From NCBI RefSeq assembly GCF_964355755.1, contig NC_092680.1:2108001-2172000 (forward strand): a DNA stretch of 64,000 bases, in the 5' to 3' direction. Shown piece after piece: positions 36,001-49,825 of the stretch; the first letter of the stretch is position 1; every line of letters begins with the position of its first letter. The notes beneath the pieces were generated by a model, which was given only the letters and a program-made list of their open reading frames with translations, did no database searches and was not told the DNA's origin. Made by a program: the position numbers and the translations under genes. The DNA is from Antedon mediterranea. Lineage: Eukaryota > Animalia > Echinodermata.

Positions 36001-39000
36001 AAGACAAAACTTGATTAAAGATTATAATACAGTAGTGCAGTATCAATCTCAATTTAGGAATGTTACACAAGTTAAATGCTCTTTGGGGTGGAGTTATTTT
36101 TTAATCATGAGAAAAAAACCTGGCATTGTTAACCAAGCTAACCACCAAGCTAAACTCCATGTAAGTCATGAAACATAAATGTTATTTATTTTACAGATCA
36201 TTAAATTTTGAAGAAAATACCTCAGTTTGGAAAATTTCTAAGTTGCGAAGAGTACAAGCATTTAGCTTCATATTACCCACACTGCTCTTGAATGGCTTCA
36301 TTTGGCTGTCATCAAAACAAAATGATTACAAACAAAAACACAGATAATGTAAACAAAATGTTTTTATCAGTGCTTTACTCTAAATTACTACATATTATTT
36401 TAATTGTGTAATTATTTGTTAGAAATATCAGTATTTAGGAAGTTGGCAGAGCGAAATAATTAGTCAATACAAGTAAATGCAGCGCTATTAAATATTTGAC
36501 CTATAATGAAGATACAGTACTCAAGATTTGAATAAGCTTTTGTGATGTCATCAATATATTGAATTCTGAAAATCAATAGACATGGTTGGTTCAAACATAC
36601 CACAAGCAATGGCACCAAAGTAATAAATGTTTTCTGTATTAAGCTCTGTCTACACTATCAAACTTTATGTGATAACAAAAATGTGATGTGCCCATATATG
36701 GACATGATGATGTCATATCACTACCATTTTTGGGCATATCACTACCATATTTAGGCCCATCACATTTGTTTTGTCAAACTAGTTTGATAGTGTAGACAGA
36801 GCTTTAGGAGGAAACGTATTGAATTGTAAGACAGACTTACTGTGTAAGTGACAATACACGATCTAACTTGAACTCTTTGAGGTAAGTTAAGACAACAGCT
36901 AAGCAGGAGATTACTGGATCTGGAAGCTTCAACATATCATGTAGTGAACTTTGCTCTGAATAAACAATAAGAAACAAAATATACAATTTAATAATTGTGA
37001 TGTATATAATATATAAACAAATCAGGCAAAGAACAGTAATTCTAAACCGCCTGGTGATATACTGAAATTGAATTAATTAATTTGAAACGATAAAGATGAG
37101 GAAATCTCAGTGTGAGAATGAGAAAAAGTCGCCCCAACCGAGACTCGAACTCGGACCGTCTGCTTGATATGCAGTTGTCCTAACCATTAGACCACTGGGG
37201 CTTTCATGGTATTGGTCAAACTCGATTGGATAGCGACTCTTTACTCTTTGATTATATTATAGAAAAACATGCTATACAAATGTCAAGGTCAATGAACTCA
37301 AAAACATACAACCAGAATGAATGCTACACTCTGTCTACACTATCAAACTTGTATGTGTGGACATGATGATGATGTCATATCACTACCATATTTGGGTACA
37401 CTTTTTGTCACATAAAGTTTGATAGTATAGGCAGAGCTTTATATATATATTCTATACAAGAATCATAGAAGCAATACATTCTAACCTTTTCCCCCTTTTT
37501 GATTGTTTTTATTGTCTATATGTTTGTAAAAATCTTTGATCACCTCCAATGCCCTTGCGTATGCATACTTATCGTTCGGAATACGCTCTACACGTATACG
37601 ATCATCTCCTTTTGTACTGAAAATTTAAAAAAAATATCTACATTATAATGGCAGTAACCATTTGTACTTTTTGTCTACTCCTAAACCACTGTTGTGTCTG
37701 CTAATTGAAGGGGAGTTGTTAGTACTACCAACAAAATGGGAATTTTTTTGGCTACAAATGAATGCCTCAAAATAGAATCTGCAAATCTCCACCATCTTTA
37801 AGCCACAGAGAGGAAATACTCCTCAAGTCGAGTGAGCCGCAAACCCTTTCCGATATCATGGCTATGGATTACGGTTCAACTGTCAACTGCTTGGCTACTT
37901 GTTCAATTATCAATCATACCTATTTAGTACAATGCTATTTAACTGCATCTCTGTGGCAGTTGACAGTTCTACTGGCAGCAGTAGCTCAACAGGTTGGATG
38001 TGCTGTAGTCTTGTGTCCAATTCACTCCTTGATACATCGTCTTCAAAGTTATCATAAATAAGCTCACCAGTTGACGGTTGCACTGCCTGCGGAAGAAATC
38101 GCCATTTATTATACAGCATACAGTAGGTTTGTATGCTATGAAAATTGAATGAAAATAAATTGTATCAGTTGTGTCTCTTTTTGTTTTTTGTATAGCTTTT
38201 GAATCATGTACTGTAAATGATAACTTGTGTAAATAGTTTTATAATAAGTAACGGCCTTGTGAAAAACACCAATCTGGTGATTTAAGTGTTGCATCCGTTT
38301 TTAAATAAAGTTGTTGTTATTATTTTCATTGATATATTTATATATAAATATATTTATTATGAGATCAGCAGTAATACATACAGTATAATTACTGTATCAT
38401 AAAAATCAATTAATCTAGAGAGGTCTAGCGGTATGAACACCAGGCTAGTGATCTGGAGGTCATGGGTTTAAGTCCAAGTCGAGAATTACTTACTTAATTT
38501 TTCTCATAAGTATTCTAAGATGCAACAGTTGTTCTTACCACAATTCCAAATGCTGTCTTATTTGTCTTTCGTGCTTGATTAGATTCTTCCACTTCATATA
38601 TACACATAAGAAACGTTGAGGGCGGTGATGCAGTGCAGTCTGCAGAGCCGCTTCCTGGTTCAAGATGTAATGGTGAAGTCAAGAAAGACATACATTTTTA
38701 CACTCCTATTTAAAATAGTTCATTTTAATTGAATTATATTTATTTTGTATTTTGCATATGTATTAATAATAGGTATTTTTCTATAATATACTAAATTCAG
38801 TAACTGAAAATTGTATGACTGTTTTTAGTGTGAATGAATAAATATGACAAAAAATGTAAATAATTTCTTCATTATTTAAACTGTCAAAAAGATATCTTCG
38901 CCAACAAGAGTAGACTTTGTATACATTGCTGACAGTTCACGTGTGAATGGTGCATTGCGGTTGCTGCTTGCTGCCTTCAAGGCTGCCGTCTCTGTTTGTT

Positions 39001-40588
39001 TTACCACACCAACCTTATACCCCTTGGCTACCAAGCGTCGAGCATGAACAAACAGTCGATGGACCGGAATACTTGCGACCATAAAGTTGTGATCAAGGTG
39101 GCAGAAAATGTTGAGCTCCTTTCCTGCAATCTGTAAGAAATTACTTATGTTAATGCTTGTACAAATCAGAAATTATTTTGAAAAAAATGTTGCTGGGAGA
39201 TTTCCTGAAATTCAAAATGTATAACTCATTCCAAAAAAATATATTTACAGTGCAAGAAACTCATTTCTGAATTGTCATTAAAATTATTATGAAATTTAAA
39301 AAATATTAATGAATTGTACACAGATAAATTAAACAAATGTTGAGTTACTATACCTCTGCATCTTCACCAAAGAATTTATATTTGTATCCACACTCAACAA
39401 GAAGTAAAGCATCTTTATGTTCAGCTTTCAATTTAATAAATTGCTGTTCCAGAGGGGTGTACTGGCTCTTACTATTTTTATCCTTACCCCTCTTCTCTTT
39501 TTCTTGAGAGTCTTTGTCTTTTATATTAGTAAACTTATCTGATCGAACCAATGATTTTCGATGCTTTGCTGTAGTTCTAACCCTCGTTGGTTTGTCTTTA
39601 CTACACAAGGAAAAGGAATTTAATTTCTTCTTGGTTGATTTAGAAAGCTGTACATGGTTACTTTCTGTATCTTCTGATTCTGTTAATTTAATAATAATAA
39701 CAACGCATTTACTCAATTATTTAATAAGCACTGGATGGAAGAAAGAAAGTAGTGGTGGTATTGAGGTAAAACACATACATTACAACCCAAAAGATTAATA
39801 CAGTCGAATCCAACACTGGAATCTCTGAAAACCGCAAGTTCTTTTAAAACAAAAATCCTTTATGTCAAAAAGACTACATTTTTTTTTTCAATTAAAAAAA
39901 CATTTGGAATACCACACTTTCAAAAAACCAAAAATATTTGGCCAGCCCAAGGATGTCTGGTATTGGAAGAGTTTGACTGTTTTAAACACACTAAACCTAT
40001 AGCCTGCTCTCCTCTAATAATAGATATTTTAAGGAACAATAACATGTTTTTTTATATTATTATTAAATCAGTGTAAAATTATACCTTTACTTTGACTTAT
40101 TCCAAGTTTCAGCCTTTTTGAAAAAGGAGATTGAACCTCTACCTGAAGAGGACAAAAATTGCATTTTGGAGTAAATATTTAAATTGTTCCATTTTTTAGA
40201 CAGGTAGCCCTAATTTATTTATATAACTATTTATATTTCAATGTTTAGGGGCTGAACCTGATTAGTTTAAACTAATTTTTTAGCCCTTCTATTGATAAAA
40301 TTATTATTATTTGTATGTTACTTTACAATGTTTATAATTTATATTTATGGGTCAAACAATTTTTTTTTAAAATAAATAAATACAATATTATTTCTTGCAC
40401 AATAATCTAAATAGCAAATAGCTACCTACCGATTTTCTTTTGCTTGCATTTGGTGATGTGTTATCATTTTCGAATTCCTCCGTGTCCTCATCACTTTGAG
40501 ACGGACTAAAGAATTTAGAGATGCTAACCTGCGTTTTCTTGTTTGTACTAGTACTACACTTAAAGCGAGATAGATTTTGCTTTGGCAT
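30042..40588 (-). CDS. MSH3: DNA mismatch repair protein MSH3 (>20 exons)
   Basis: PIP box [76 protein letters not shown]. Confidence 0.97.
30137..30277. mobile_element. MITE family A copy
   Basis: TIRs, TTA TSD. Confidence 0.85.
31077..31236. mobile_element. MITE family B copy
   Basis: AGCTTGGTTCCAACTAG ... CTAGTGGGAACC with a palindromic interior. Confidence 0.75.
33449..33510. repeat. (AAAT)n / A-rich microsatellite
   Basis: Direct reading. Confidence 0.85.
34479..35104. mobile_element. Non-autonomous DNA transposon with TTAA TSD (Kolobok-like)
   Basis: TTAA|AGCCCCCTTCCCTAC ... GCAGGGAAGGGGTCT|TTAA. Confidence 0.8.
36642..36803. mobile_element. MITE family A, near-consensus full copy
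   Basis: Perfect 23-bp TIRs, TTA TSD. Confidence 0.92.
37130..37201 (-). tRNA. tRNA-like gene with anticodon ATC (Asp); may be a repeat-borne pseudo-tRNA
   Basis: 72 nt: GCCCCAG/TTGGGGC acceptor stem, D arm with TGGTCTAATGG, CTGC-ATATCAA-GCAG anticodon arm, CCGAG-TTCGAGT-CTCGG T arm, TTTTT 2 nt downstream. Confidence 0.55.
38420..38482 (+). mobile_element. Degenerate tRNA-SINE head
   Basis: GGTCTAGCGG A-box-like and GGTTTAAGTCC B-box-like motifs at tRNA spacing. Confidence 0.45.
38667..38895 (-). other. U12-type AT-AC intron in MSH3
   Basis: 5' ATATCTTT, branch TTCTTGAC, 3' TAC; removal gives in-frame TLVGE-D-LEPG...TFLMCIYE. Confidence 0.9.
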
Positions 40589-41300
40589 TGCAAATTAGTT
40601 TAACCTTGGAAGTTGTGAACAAATGAAAACAAAATGATGAATTATGAAAAAAATCAAGCAAAGAATGAAAAGAACTTCAGAGGTCAGCTTATGAATGAGT
40701 TTGGATGAGTTTGGAGAGTAAGCAATTTTAGTTTACACAAAATTGACAAACAATTTTCTTAGCCGGCCTTGCTACTACTATTGTAGATGAGGAGCGACCT
40801 CCTATGTATATAGCCACGCGGCTACTACTACTAATCTATACTAAATAATACTAGGCCTATACTAACTAGCCGGGATGAGCCTAGGCTCATCATATAATCA
40901 CACATCGTACTACATGAGTAGTAGCCATATTTTAATCATTTAGTATACTAATACTCTAATACTTTCTTACTTTTTTCAATCGATAGTATATTTTGTTCTA
41001 ACATACACTTTTTATATCGATAAAAGACTCATTACACTTTTCGCCAAATAAGTTTGTTTTGATTATGCATGACATGTGGTTGACCTTTAATTTTTAGTAG
41101 TCTCTATCCAGCTACTTTATTTAGAAAAACAAAATTTAAATATTTATAGATTTTAATATGTACTGTAAAGTAGGCCTAATTCTTGTTTATCACCAATCAG
41201 AACATAATTACAACATTTTAAATACATAGGCCTAATAATAGGCATTTTTATTTTTGTGATTGCGTCTGAAATTTAAATTAAGGATCATTGACCTGGATCC

Positions 41301-42710
41301 AGGTATATTCAGTTTATGGTTTCATGGTCATTCTGACGATGGAGCAATTCTCTACTCCTCTACGGAGCGCCATTTATGTTTGTTTCTTTCTTTCTTTCCA
41401 TTTACAAAAACATCAACAAACATAAATAATCATTACAAAACAAAAGAATGGAAAGAGGGAATCTCTGAAGAAATATGAAAAAAAGCACAAAGGGCATATA
41501 GGCAAACAAAATGTAACTTTTAAGAAAGCAAACTTTTTTTATCTTAACAACAACAAAAAAGATAGTTTTCTCAGAGAGTAAAATGTAAATTTGTAAAAAA
41601 TACTTGTTATAATCAGATACTTGTAATTTATTTTTGTATTAATTTTCTTGTAAAAGTTATAGGATTCTTATGTATAAGAGTCTCATGTATTTCACGCCAA
41701 AGTTCAACCCCTTTACTGACAAAACTTAATGATTTTTTAGTGGTTCTTTTAAATTGTGGGTAGAATTGGTGTTTTTGTCGAGTATATTTATTATGCCTTT
41801 ATTATTTTTACTCAGAAATAGAAATAGTACTACGGTAACTATTCCAGTGGATCAAATTTGGCACCGGTGGAGCACAGTGATAGAATAGAAATAAGTCACT
41901 AATTTAAATATATTTGTATGTTATACACTAAATTTGAATACAGTATCCCATTCGTATCTAACAGTATACACTCACTGAGCTCAATGGATCCAATTTGGCA
42001 CGAGCGGAGCACAGGGATATAAAATAGAAATAAAATCACTAAAATGTTATATTTCATTTTAAACAGTTTGGTATGCCGTGCGTTGTTAAATTATGCAAAT
42101 GAGTTTGTGCAGGTGTATTATGCATTGGGGAAGATGGCATGTTAGTCATTCGCTGTCAATAAATGTTGATGTTGTTAATCTTTACATTAGAAAATTGTTC
42201 AAATCATGTAAATAAAACATTTTCCGTGCGGGAACCTAGCAGCTCTTCTCTTTTAGTTTGTAAAAGTAATCTCGAAAAGAACTGCATGTGGAAAAAAAGC
42301 CCACCCAAGAGTACTAAAAATAAAGGAGCACATGGGCTTCTTTTCGAGTTTTTATGGCAGTCTATTTAATGGAAAATAATGCCATGCAACTTTGTTTCTG
42401 ATTTTGAAAAAGGGCCACTTGTTTAGGCCTGACATTTACAACTTAGTGATTTAGTGACTTTATTTCTATTTTATATCACTGTGCTCCAATGGCGCCAAAT
42501 TGGGTCCATTTGAACACAGTGTATTACCATACGAAGCGATATTAAAAGTAGTGACTTATTTCTATTTTATATCACTGTGCTACCCTGGTGCTAAATTGGG
42601 TCCACTTGAGCAGTTATTAATTTCTATTATTGAAGTTAATAAAGGCATTAATGGCGCTCCATAGAGCAGTAGAGAATGGTCCAGTCGTCAATGACGCTTT
42701 GAATATACCT
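41301..42710. mobile_element. ~1.4-kb non-autonomous element with imperfect TIRs and duplicated internal inverted repeats
   Basis: AGGTATATTCA..TTCTCTACTCCTCTACGGAGCGCCATT vs AATGGCGCTCCATAGAGCAGTAGAGAA..TGAATATACCT; ~55-bp units at 41846/41984 inverted at 42453/42549. Confidence 0.75.
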
Positions 42711-43477
42711 AATTTTTTTCACAATTTTGAGTAATTTAAAGGGATGGTTACGAAACTACATTAGCGCCTTTTAAACCATGATTAAACCAATATTATATTT
42801 GATTGGACATAGTGATACCATACGACGTACAATAATTATGACATGAACAGCGTTCCATAACAATTGAAAAGCAGACGACATTTCATTGTTTTTTTTCCGT
42901 GCGTAACGTACTGACATGTTCATTTCTACTTCGTCAACACTGCGTCAACAAGATAATAACAACGTTTCAACTTTACAAATATCCACATTTGACAATTGGT
43001 ATAAATGACTATAATATATTTTTTGCTTTGTAAGTGGCTTTTATATAATTTGAATTCTGGAAATGTTATATTCAGGTAATAGGTTGCGTTTACAACTAAA
43101 ACGCTTTACGTTTAAGTGACGAAAAAAACACGTGTGTGTTTATGACTCAAATGGACTTGCTTATCTATTCAAACTTTAGTATATCAATTTTTCTATTTTT
43201 TTAAACAAAATTATATCGTAATAATATAAAATACAACATAACTGGGCTTATTACTTGAATCAAAACATATAATTGTGATGTAGTAGCTCTTTATTTATAT
43301 TTTTTGTCGGATAAAACCCCGGATAAAACATTTTATTACATAAACGATGGTCGTGTGAATATCTCTAAACTAGTTTCTCATTAGGAAGAAGGAAACTTTG
43401 TTTATCAATCACTCACATCCCGAGGAAGCGACCGGTCGATTAAGTTCATTTTTGATTTTATTAGATTTTTTATAAAA

Positions 43478-46400
43478 ATGGCATTAGGAACTAAGTTATT
43501 TTGTATATTATTGTGGATTTCATGTCTTTATGGTGTAAGCATATTTATTTTTACTAAAGGATTTCTATTAAAACGATTAGAAATTCCAAACAAAAGTGAT
43601 TGTTCAATTAGGCTCGAAGAGCAGTCGGTTTTTTCAATGATGACGCCGGAAGAAAGTGTTGGTCCAGGCGACACAGACCCTTCAGATGAGAGCCTAGGAT
43701 CTCGATATTACATTGATAATACATGTACTGCACAGAAACGTTTTAATAAGGCTGTTTTAATTCTCATTGATGCACTTCGTTACGACTTTCTTTTATATGA
43801 TGAATCTTGTGAAAAAACAAAAGTGTTGCCTTTCCAAAACAAATTACCGATCATCAAAACATTGTTGGACAGGAATCCATCGCAATCTCTTCTTTATCAA
43901 TTCATAGCTGATCCGCCTACTACAACTATGCAACGTTTGAAAGGACTTACGACAGGAAGCCTACCAACTTTTGTTGATGTGGGAAACAATTTTGCGAGTG
44001 CAAACGTTGAAGAGGACAATATAATTCATCAATTAGTAAATGCTCATAAAAATGTAACGTTTATGGGTGATGATACTTGGGTATCGCTTTTCCCTGATAA
44101 ATTTGCAAAGTCGTTTCCATTCCCGTCATTTAATGTGAAAGATTTACATTCAGTTGACAATGGAATTATGAGACACCTCCTGCCAGAAATGAATCGGTCT
44201 GATTGGAACATCCTAATAACTCACTTCCTGGGTGTTGATCACTGTGGTCACAGATATGGACCATACCACTCTGCAATGGGTGAAAAACTGTCACAAATGA
44301 ATGAAATGATTAGGTATAATAATATTTATTTTGTCTAATTGAAAAAATATTTTTTTTTTAATTGTTAAAATCTACGAAAATTATACAAAAACAATTGTAA
44401 TATCTAGTTTTAAATTAATCAGTTTCACCATAGAAAAAAATACCACACCAATTTGTTAAATTTTATAATAATTTGATGAAATGACAGAATTAACCTTTTT
44501 TCTATTTGTAGTTTGGTGGCAGACAACTTGGACAATGATACCATTCTGTTGATCTTTGGTGACCATGGAATGACTGGTACTGGAGACCATGGTGGTGACA
44601 GTGATGATGAGCTAAAAGCTGGCTTATTTTTCTACAGTAAAAAGGACCTCAGGATGCCTACAAAAACAGAAATGGTTTGTGTTTCTATTTAGACTTTATT
44701 AGGAAACCTATAAAATTACTATAAAAATAATCACATTTGAAAGAATAGTTGTCTGCTCAAGTATTTTGAAATTTATTATTGTACACAACCTCTCTCCCTG
44801 TATATGTAAAACTAATGCAGAAACACACTTCATAATCTCTAGTAATATTTGATTGACAATTCTTTACCAATTTTAAATTGTGTGTGTATATATTTTTTAT
44901 CCTGTAACATTTTGTTGTTTTGCAGAATACTTTCCAAACTATATCACAGATTGACCTTGTTCCAAGTTTATCTCTCCTGTTGGGAATTCCCATTCCATTT
45001 TCAAGTCTTGGAATGCTCATCCCTGAACTCTTTATGCTTGGTGCTGATGACAAGTCTCCAGAACTACAAAACCAACTATCAGTACTGTCAGAGAAATACC
45101 ATCCAGCTTACTTGAAGATGGAAGCACTGAGAATAAATGCTCTTCAGGTTAAGCGGTACTTGGATACCTACTCTAGAAGGGCAGATGAGTTCCCTTACCA
45201 CATTGCTGCAGTGCTAGAACAGAAGTTCACCAATGCAGAGACACTGTTCCATAATTTACAAAAAGATCTCAGTAGTGAGGAAGTGAAGATCGCTATAGAC
45301 GGTGCCACAGCTATGTATATGGAATACTTATCAGGCGTCAAAGAGATGTGCCGAAGAAACTGGGCCAAGTTTGACCTCTTATCAATGGCATGTGGTGTAG
45401 TTCTTATTGTCAGTACGAGCTTAGCTACATGGGTTGTTCTTAATTTTGTTGAAGGAATTAAAGATAGAGACAAAGTTGAAGAGAATTTGAATTCGCTGCT
45501 TGGAAACATGCTAACAGGGATGATCACCATCTTTCCAATGAGTGTCCTCATCACAAGTCAGGTGGAAGATCTAATGACTGTGAAGACGACCATCTTGTTG
45601 TTCTTCCCGGCGCTAGGTTCCATTCTTGGAAGCCTGCTGTGTGTTCTTCAAACTCAAGGTGTCCCGTCACTTCCTGATGTATCATTCTACATAAAGCGTA
45701 CACCTAAGGAATCTTTCTGTGCTTCTGGACTACTAGTTCTCTATGTAGTGTCACTCACTTCAAACAGCTTTGTTGTGTACGAAGATAGAACAACTGTTTT
45801 TTTACTTCAAACAAGTGTTCTATTATTATATCTTGTATCTGGAATAAAAAGCTTAACGCGTTTGAAAAAGATTAAATCTCGTGATATTGGCCGGATACTG
45901 ACCCATCCTGTTGCCATTGTCACATACTTATTACTTGCTTTCCAAACATGTGTACGTCTATCCTCAAGTTTTCGGACATGTCGTGAAGAACAGGTTCCTT
46001 GTACTCAATCAGATCTCTTGCAACCTCTTCTTGTTTTTGATCCTGAAAACACCTCATATAACAATTTACGGTACATAAAAGCAGTTTTTAGCATTTGTAG
46101 CATCTCATTTCTTTTAAGATTTTGGTTGAAAAAACAAGGAAACCTAAACGGTACATCTATAGCTAGTATATGCATTAAGTATGCGCTGCCATTAAACTCA
46201 TTTTTTATATTCCTCCACTGGGGCATGCAATCTTTGCCAGAGAAAATTCTTGATAAGTTGCCTGCATGGCAACAGACATTTCTTGCAAAATGTGTGTATG
46301 GCCTGACCACCATTTCTGTAGTTTCAATTATCTGGCAGCCATTGTTGATTCATATTCTTGAGCGTAGAACAGAAAGTAAGCGCAAATCGCACGGTGTGGA

Positions 46401-47705
46401 AGGCGACTTGAAGGACCAGATTGTACCACGTCTTTTTGACCACATAAAATCGAATATTAAAGAAAAGCAAGAAGATGAAAAGAATTTCGAAACGCCAGCT
46501 GTGTTTGGTTTAGCCACAACATACTCAGCTTGTCTGCTACAGGTGATTGTCACTATTGTGCTTCTCCTTTCTATGTTGCTTGGTGATGGATTCGCTCCTT
46601 CTTTAGGGTTACTTTGCATACAGGTGTTGCTGTTTCTTGAACTTGTAGCCTGCATTCGACGGGCGCAGCTTAAAGTATTCAGTGCTGTGCCAGAGCTTCA
46701 AAAAATTGGTATTAATGATTCATTTTGTAACACATATATTAATAAGAATAGTAAAAGCGTTCTACTATATTATCAGACTGATTAATATACCTTAAAATTA
46801 ATTGTAACTTTATATAAATGCATGTTCCTATGTGTGTAAACAATCAAAAATATTTGATTTTTTTATGAAAATTATTCATAATTGTTGTTTTTATTATTTC
46901 AGCTCTACTGCATGTTCCTTGGTATATTATCTTTAGCTGGGGATTAATGGCTTCCGAATTCTTCTTTGTAACTGGTCACCATGCTACGTTCCCATCTATT
47001 CAGTTTGAAGCCGGATTTGTTGGTTTCCATGGCGACTTCCCCGTCTACCTCTACTGGGTCCCAGCGATTTTGATTGGTGCAAACACATTTGCTGCAAATA
47101 TCTTGTTTGCTCTTTCATTACCATTGGTCCTATTATGGCCATTTACAAGAGGGAGATTGGAGGATAAGAACTCTGACAAAGAGGGAGAAGTTGTCTTGCG
47201 TGATCATGCAACTGAGCTACGTATTGGCTTGTTTCGTTTGATGGTTCTTTACATCTTATTCCATGGATTCAAGGTACTGTATTAAATATTAAAAGTGATG
47301 TGTCTACATATGGTAGTGATAGGACATCATCATGTCCATATATGGGCACATTACATTTTTTGTCACAAAGTTTAATAGTGTAGCATGATAGAATTATACT
47401 TTTATGTATGTTATTACAAAATCAACAATTTGTTGTCTGAAATAGTTATATTTAAACGACATTTATCCTCAATTTGTTTTATTTTTCAGCTTTTGGGTTG
47501 CATGTTTTCAGCAGCTGTACATCGGCGCCACCTAATGATATGGAAGATATTTGCGCCACGTTACATATTTGACGGTATAGGATTTCTCATCACTTTAACA
47601 TTTGTACTGTTGGCATACCTTCTTGTTCTGAGAACAGACAACCAACTCGCCAAGTGGTTGGCAAGACTTTTTCGAATAATACAATTTTTAAAAGATCCTA
47701 GGTGA
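43478..47705 (+). CDS. PIGO: GPI ethanolamine phosphate transferase 3; 5 exons (43478-44313, 44512-44674, 44926-46707, 46903-47273, 47490-47705)
   Basis: IDALRYDF, DPPTTTMQRLKGLTTGSLPTF, HFLGVDHCGH, GDHGM, QIDLVPSLSLLLG, RRHLMIWKIFAPR. Confidence 0.97.
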
Positions 47706-48785
47706 TAAAGTGTATTCTTTAATTAGATACATTTCGTGTATACTGTTGATAGCATTATTACTTTTTATCAACCAAAACACACAGTTATGAATACAGTTTT
47801 CTATATGCTGCAACACCTCATCAATTATGAAAATAAGTTATCCTAGTGGCTATATTGGTTACAATATAAAGACCTATGCAGGCTGTTGGACTTTTAAATC
47901 TAAATTGAAAAATGTATGTTGTGTGTTATTATTGATCAAAGATTTATTATAATTTATTAAAAACAAAATTGTTAGTTATATTTGAGCATCTAGTTATAAA
48001 CCAAAATAAGAAACGCCATGAAGGCTACTAACAAGGGACCAATTATGATTGGTCTGTTTCAAAGATCAGTATCTCTAAACGAAACAACACTTGGTCTAAA
48101 ATGTCTGGTCTTCTAAAAAGTCTCGTTTTCATTTCAAACATAGATATTATACCAAGGGAATTATTGTCAAACTATTCATATAGTTTATAGATTTATATTT
48201 AAAATTTTGTTTAAAAAAAAAAATGATTACAATTCAATTCAATTTCTTTGAATTGAATTGTAATCATACAGTACTGTATTATTATGTTTATGTTATTCAC
48301 ACAAGTGCATAGTATATACGTTTTGTTGTATACACAACAATGAGATTACTACAATATATGTATTGATTTTATTCTGTCTTTTCACAATATTAATATTTGA
48401 TGTATAAATAGATAATGTTAAAATACACAGTACAGTACTATGCTATCTTTAATTTGTATTGTTCCTTATGTTTACAACAAGGTAGATTTATTTTGCATAA
48501 AGAATTATACAACATCTTAAGGTCTGTCTACACTATCAAACTAGTGTGTGATGTGCCCAAATATGGAAGTGATATGACATCATGTCCATACATTTTTTTG
48601 TCGCATAAAGTTTGATAGTGTCGACAGAACTATTAATGATCTGAGAAGAAGTATGAGATTACTATACAGTATTTTGAAATACTACAGAAACTTAATGAAA
48701 TACTTTTATTCATTTTATATATAAAATAAAATGTTTTTTATCTTGTCTAATGCAAATGTTTTTTTACAATTTTTTTTTACATTAT

Positions 48786-49825
48786 TTATGATTCTTTGCT
48801 TCTAAACAATCTCCTTTTTTTGTAATTCTTTGACTTCCTATCTCCTTCACCAAGATATCTAGCAGCAGACTGTCTTTTCCCACTCTCAATCAAATCTTGT
48901 GTTGGCACATTTCTAAATCCTTCAGGTAACGCATTATTTGTCTCCACATAAACTCTCTGCGCATCGCCTAATAAAAGACTACGGTTCTTAAGAGCTATTT
49001 TATCCATCTTTTCCATGTTTCTCTCCTGTGGCACAAACTTGCTGTGGAGGACTTTCCTAATGGCATCTTGAGACACCGTAAAACCATCTGCCAATCTCTT
49101 GATGTTCCATTCTTCTGGATGTTCTTGATAGAGAAAGCGTATTTGTTGAATCATGTTGGTTGTCAATAGTCTTGGTTCCTTAGGCTGTGGGAATTGTCTT
49201 CGTATCCTGTTGTATCTCATTGCCTTTTGTCTTCTATTCTGATCTCTGCACAAAAGACAAGAAACAAAATTAATATTGAAACTATCAAGTTTTCAATTTT
49301 AACTTGGAGGCTTCAAAGAAAATTATTGGGATTTGGGCAACATTCTAACAAAAAAAAAGGAAACAGTGGTAGGTAGGCATACTTTAGAATCTTTTCTAAA
49401 ACTTCCGAATCGTTTTCTTCGTCATAATCTAGAGGTGAAAGTCTTTTGTTTATTTCCGTTTCCATTTTTCCGTCTAATTTAGTGGAATCATATTCACCAC
49501 CTCTTCTTCCCGAACCTCTTTTAGAACAAAGTGTTGGCGATACACGATATCTTCTCAAAAAAATTAATAAATTTGACAATCTGGAATTTTTATTTAAGCA
49601 TTTGCAATTTAACCATGTGCTGCTGTTACACGTTACAGTGCCAATAACTTGTGAATACGGATGACTGCTGACGACAAAAGGTTCGATGTTAGGTCTATAA
49701 TTTGTTAATGTACTAAAGCGGGAAAAATTGATTTTCGCCGCGTGGATTTTGGAAATGGCAGAGTCGGTAGGCCTAAGTTGGACAAAATATACCAAACGAG
49801 ATCGAAGAAGTTTCATTGACAACAT
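48786..49825 (-). CDS. NGRN: Neugrin (mitochondrial translation factor); 2 exons (49825-~49380, ~49245-48786)
   Basis: Basic mitochondrial-presequence-like N-terminus; PRLLTTNMIQQIRFLYQEHPEEWNIKRLADGFTVSQDAIRKVLHSKFVP. Confidence 0.9.

Noticed and set aside
36700-36720. C/D snoRNA suggested by ATGATGA
   Set aside because: The motif is internal to the high-copy MITE, occurs in both orientations and has no matching D box or terminal stem
40589-43477. DHFR head-to-head with MSH3 as in vertebrates
   Set aside because: No DHFR-like coding sequence seen; the region holds a repeat element and PIGO is the divergent neighbour
45195-46655. Antisense ORFs within PIGO (also 12934-13416, 3631-3831, 58306-58704)
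   Set aside because: Shadow frames of real coding exons with no independent features
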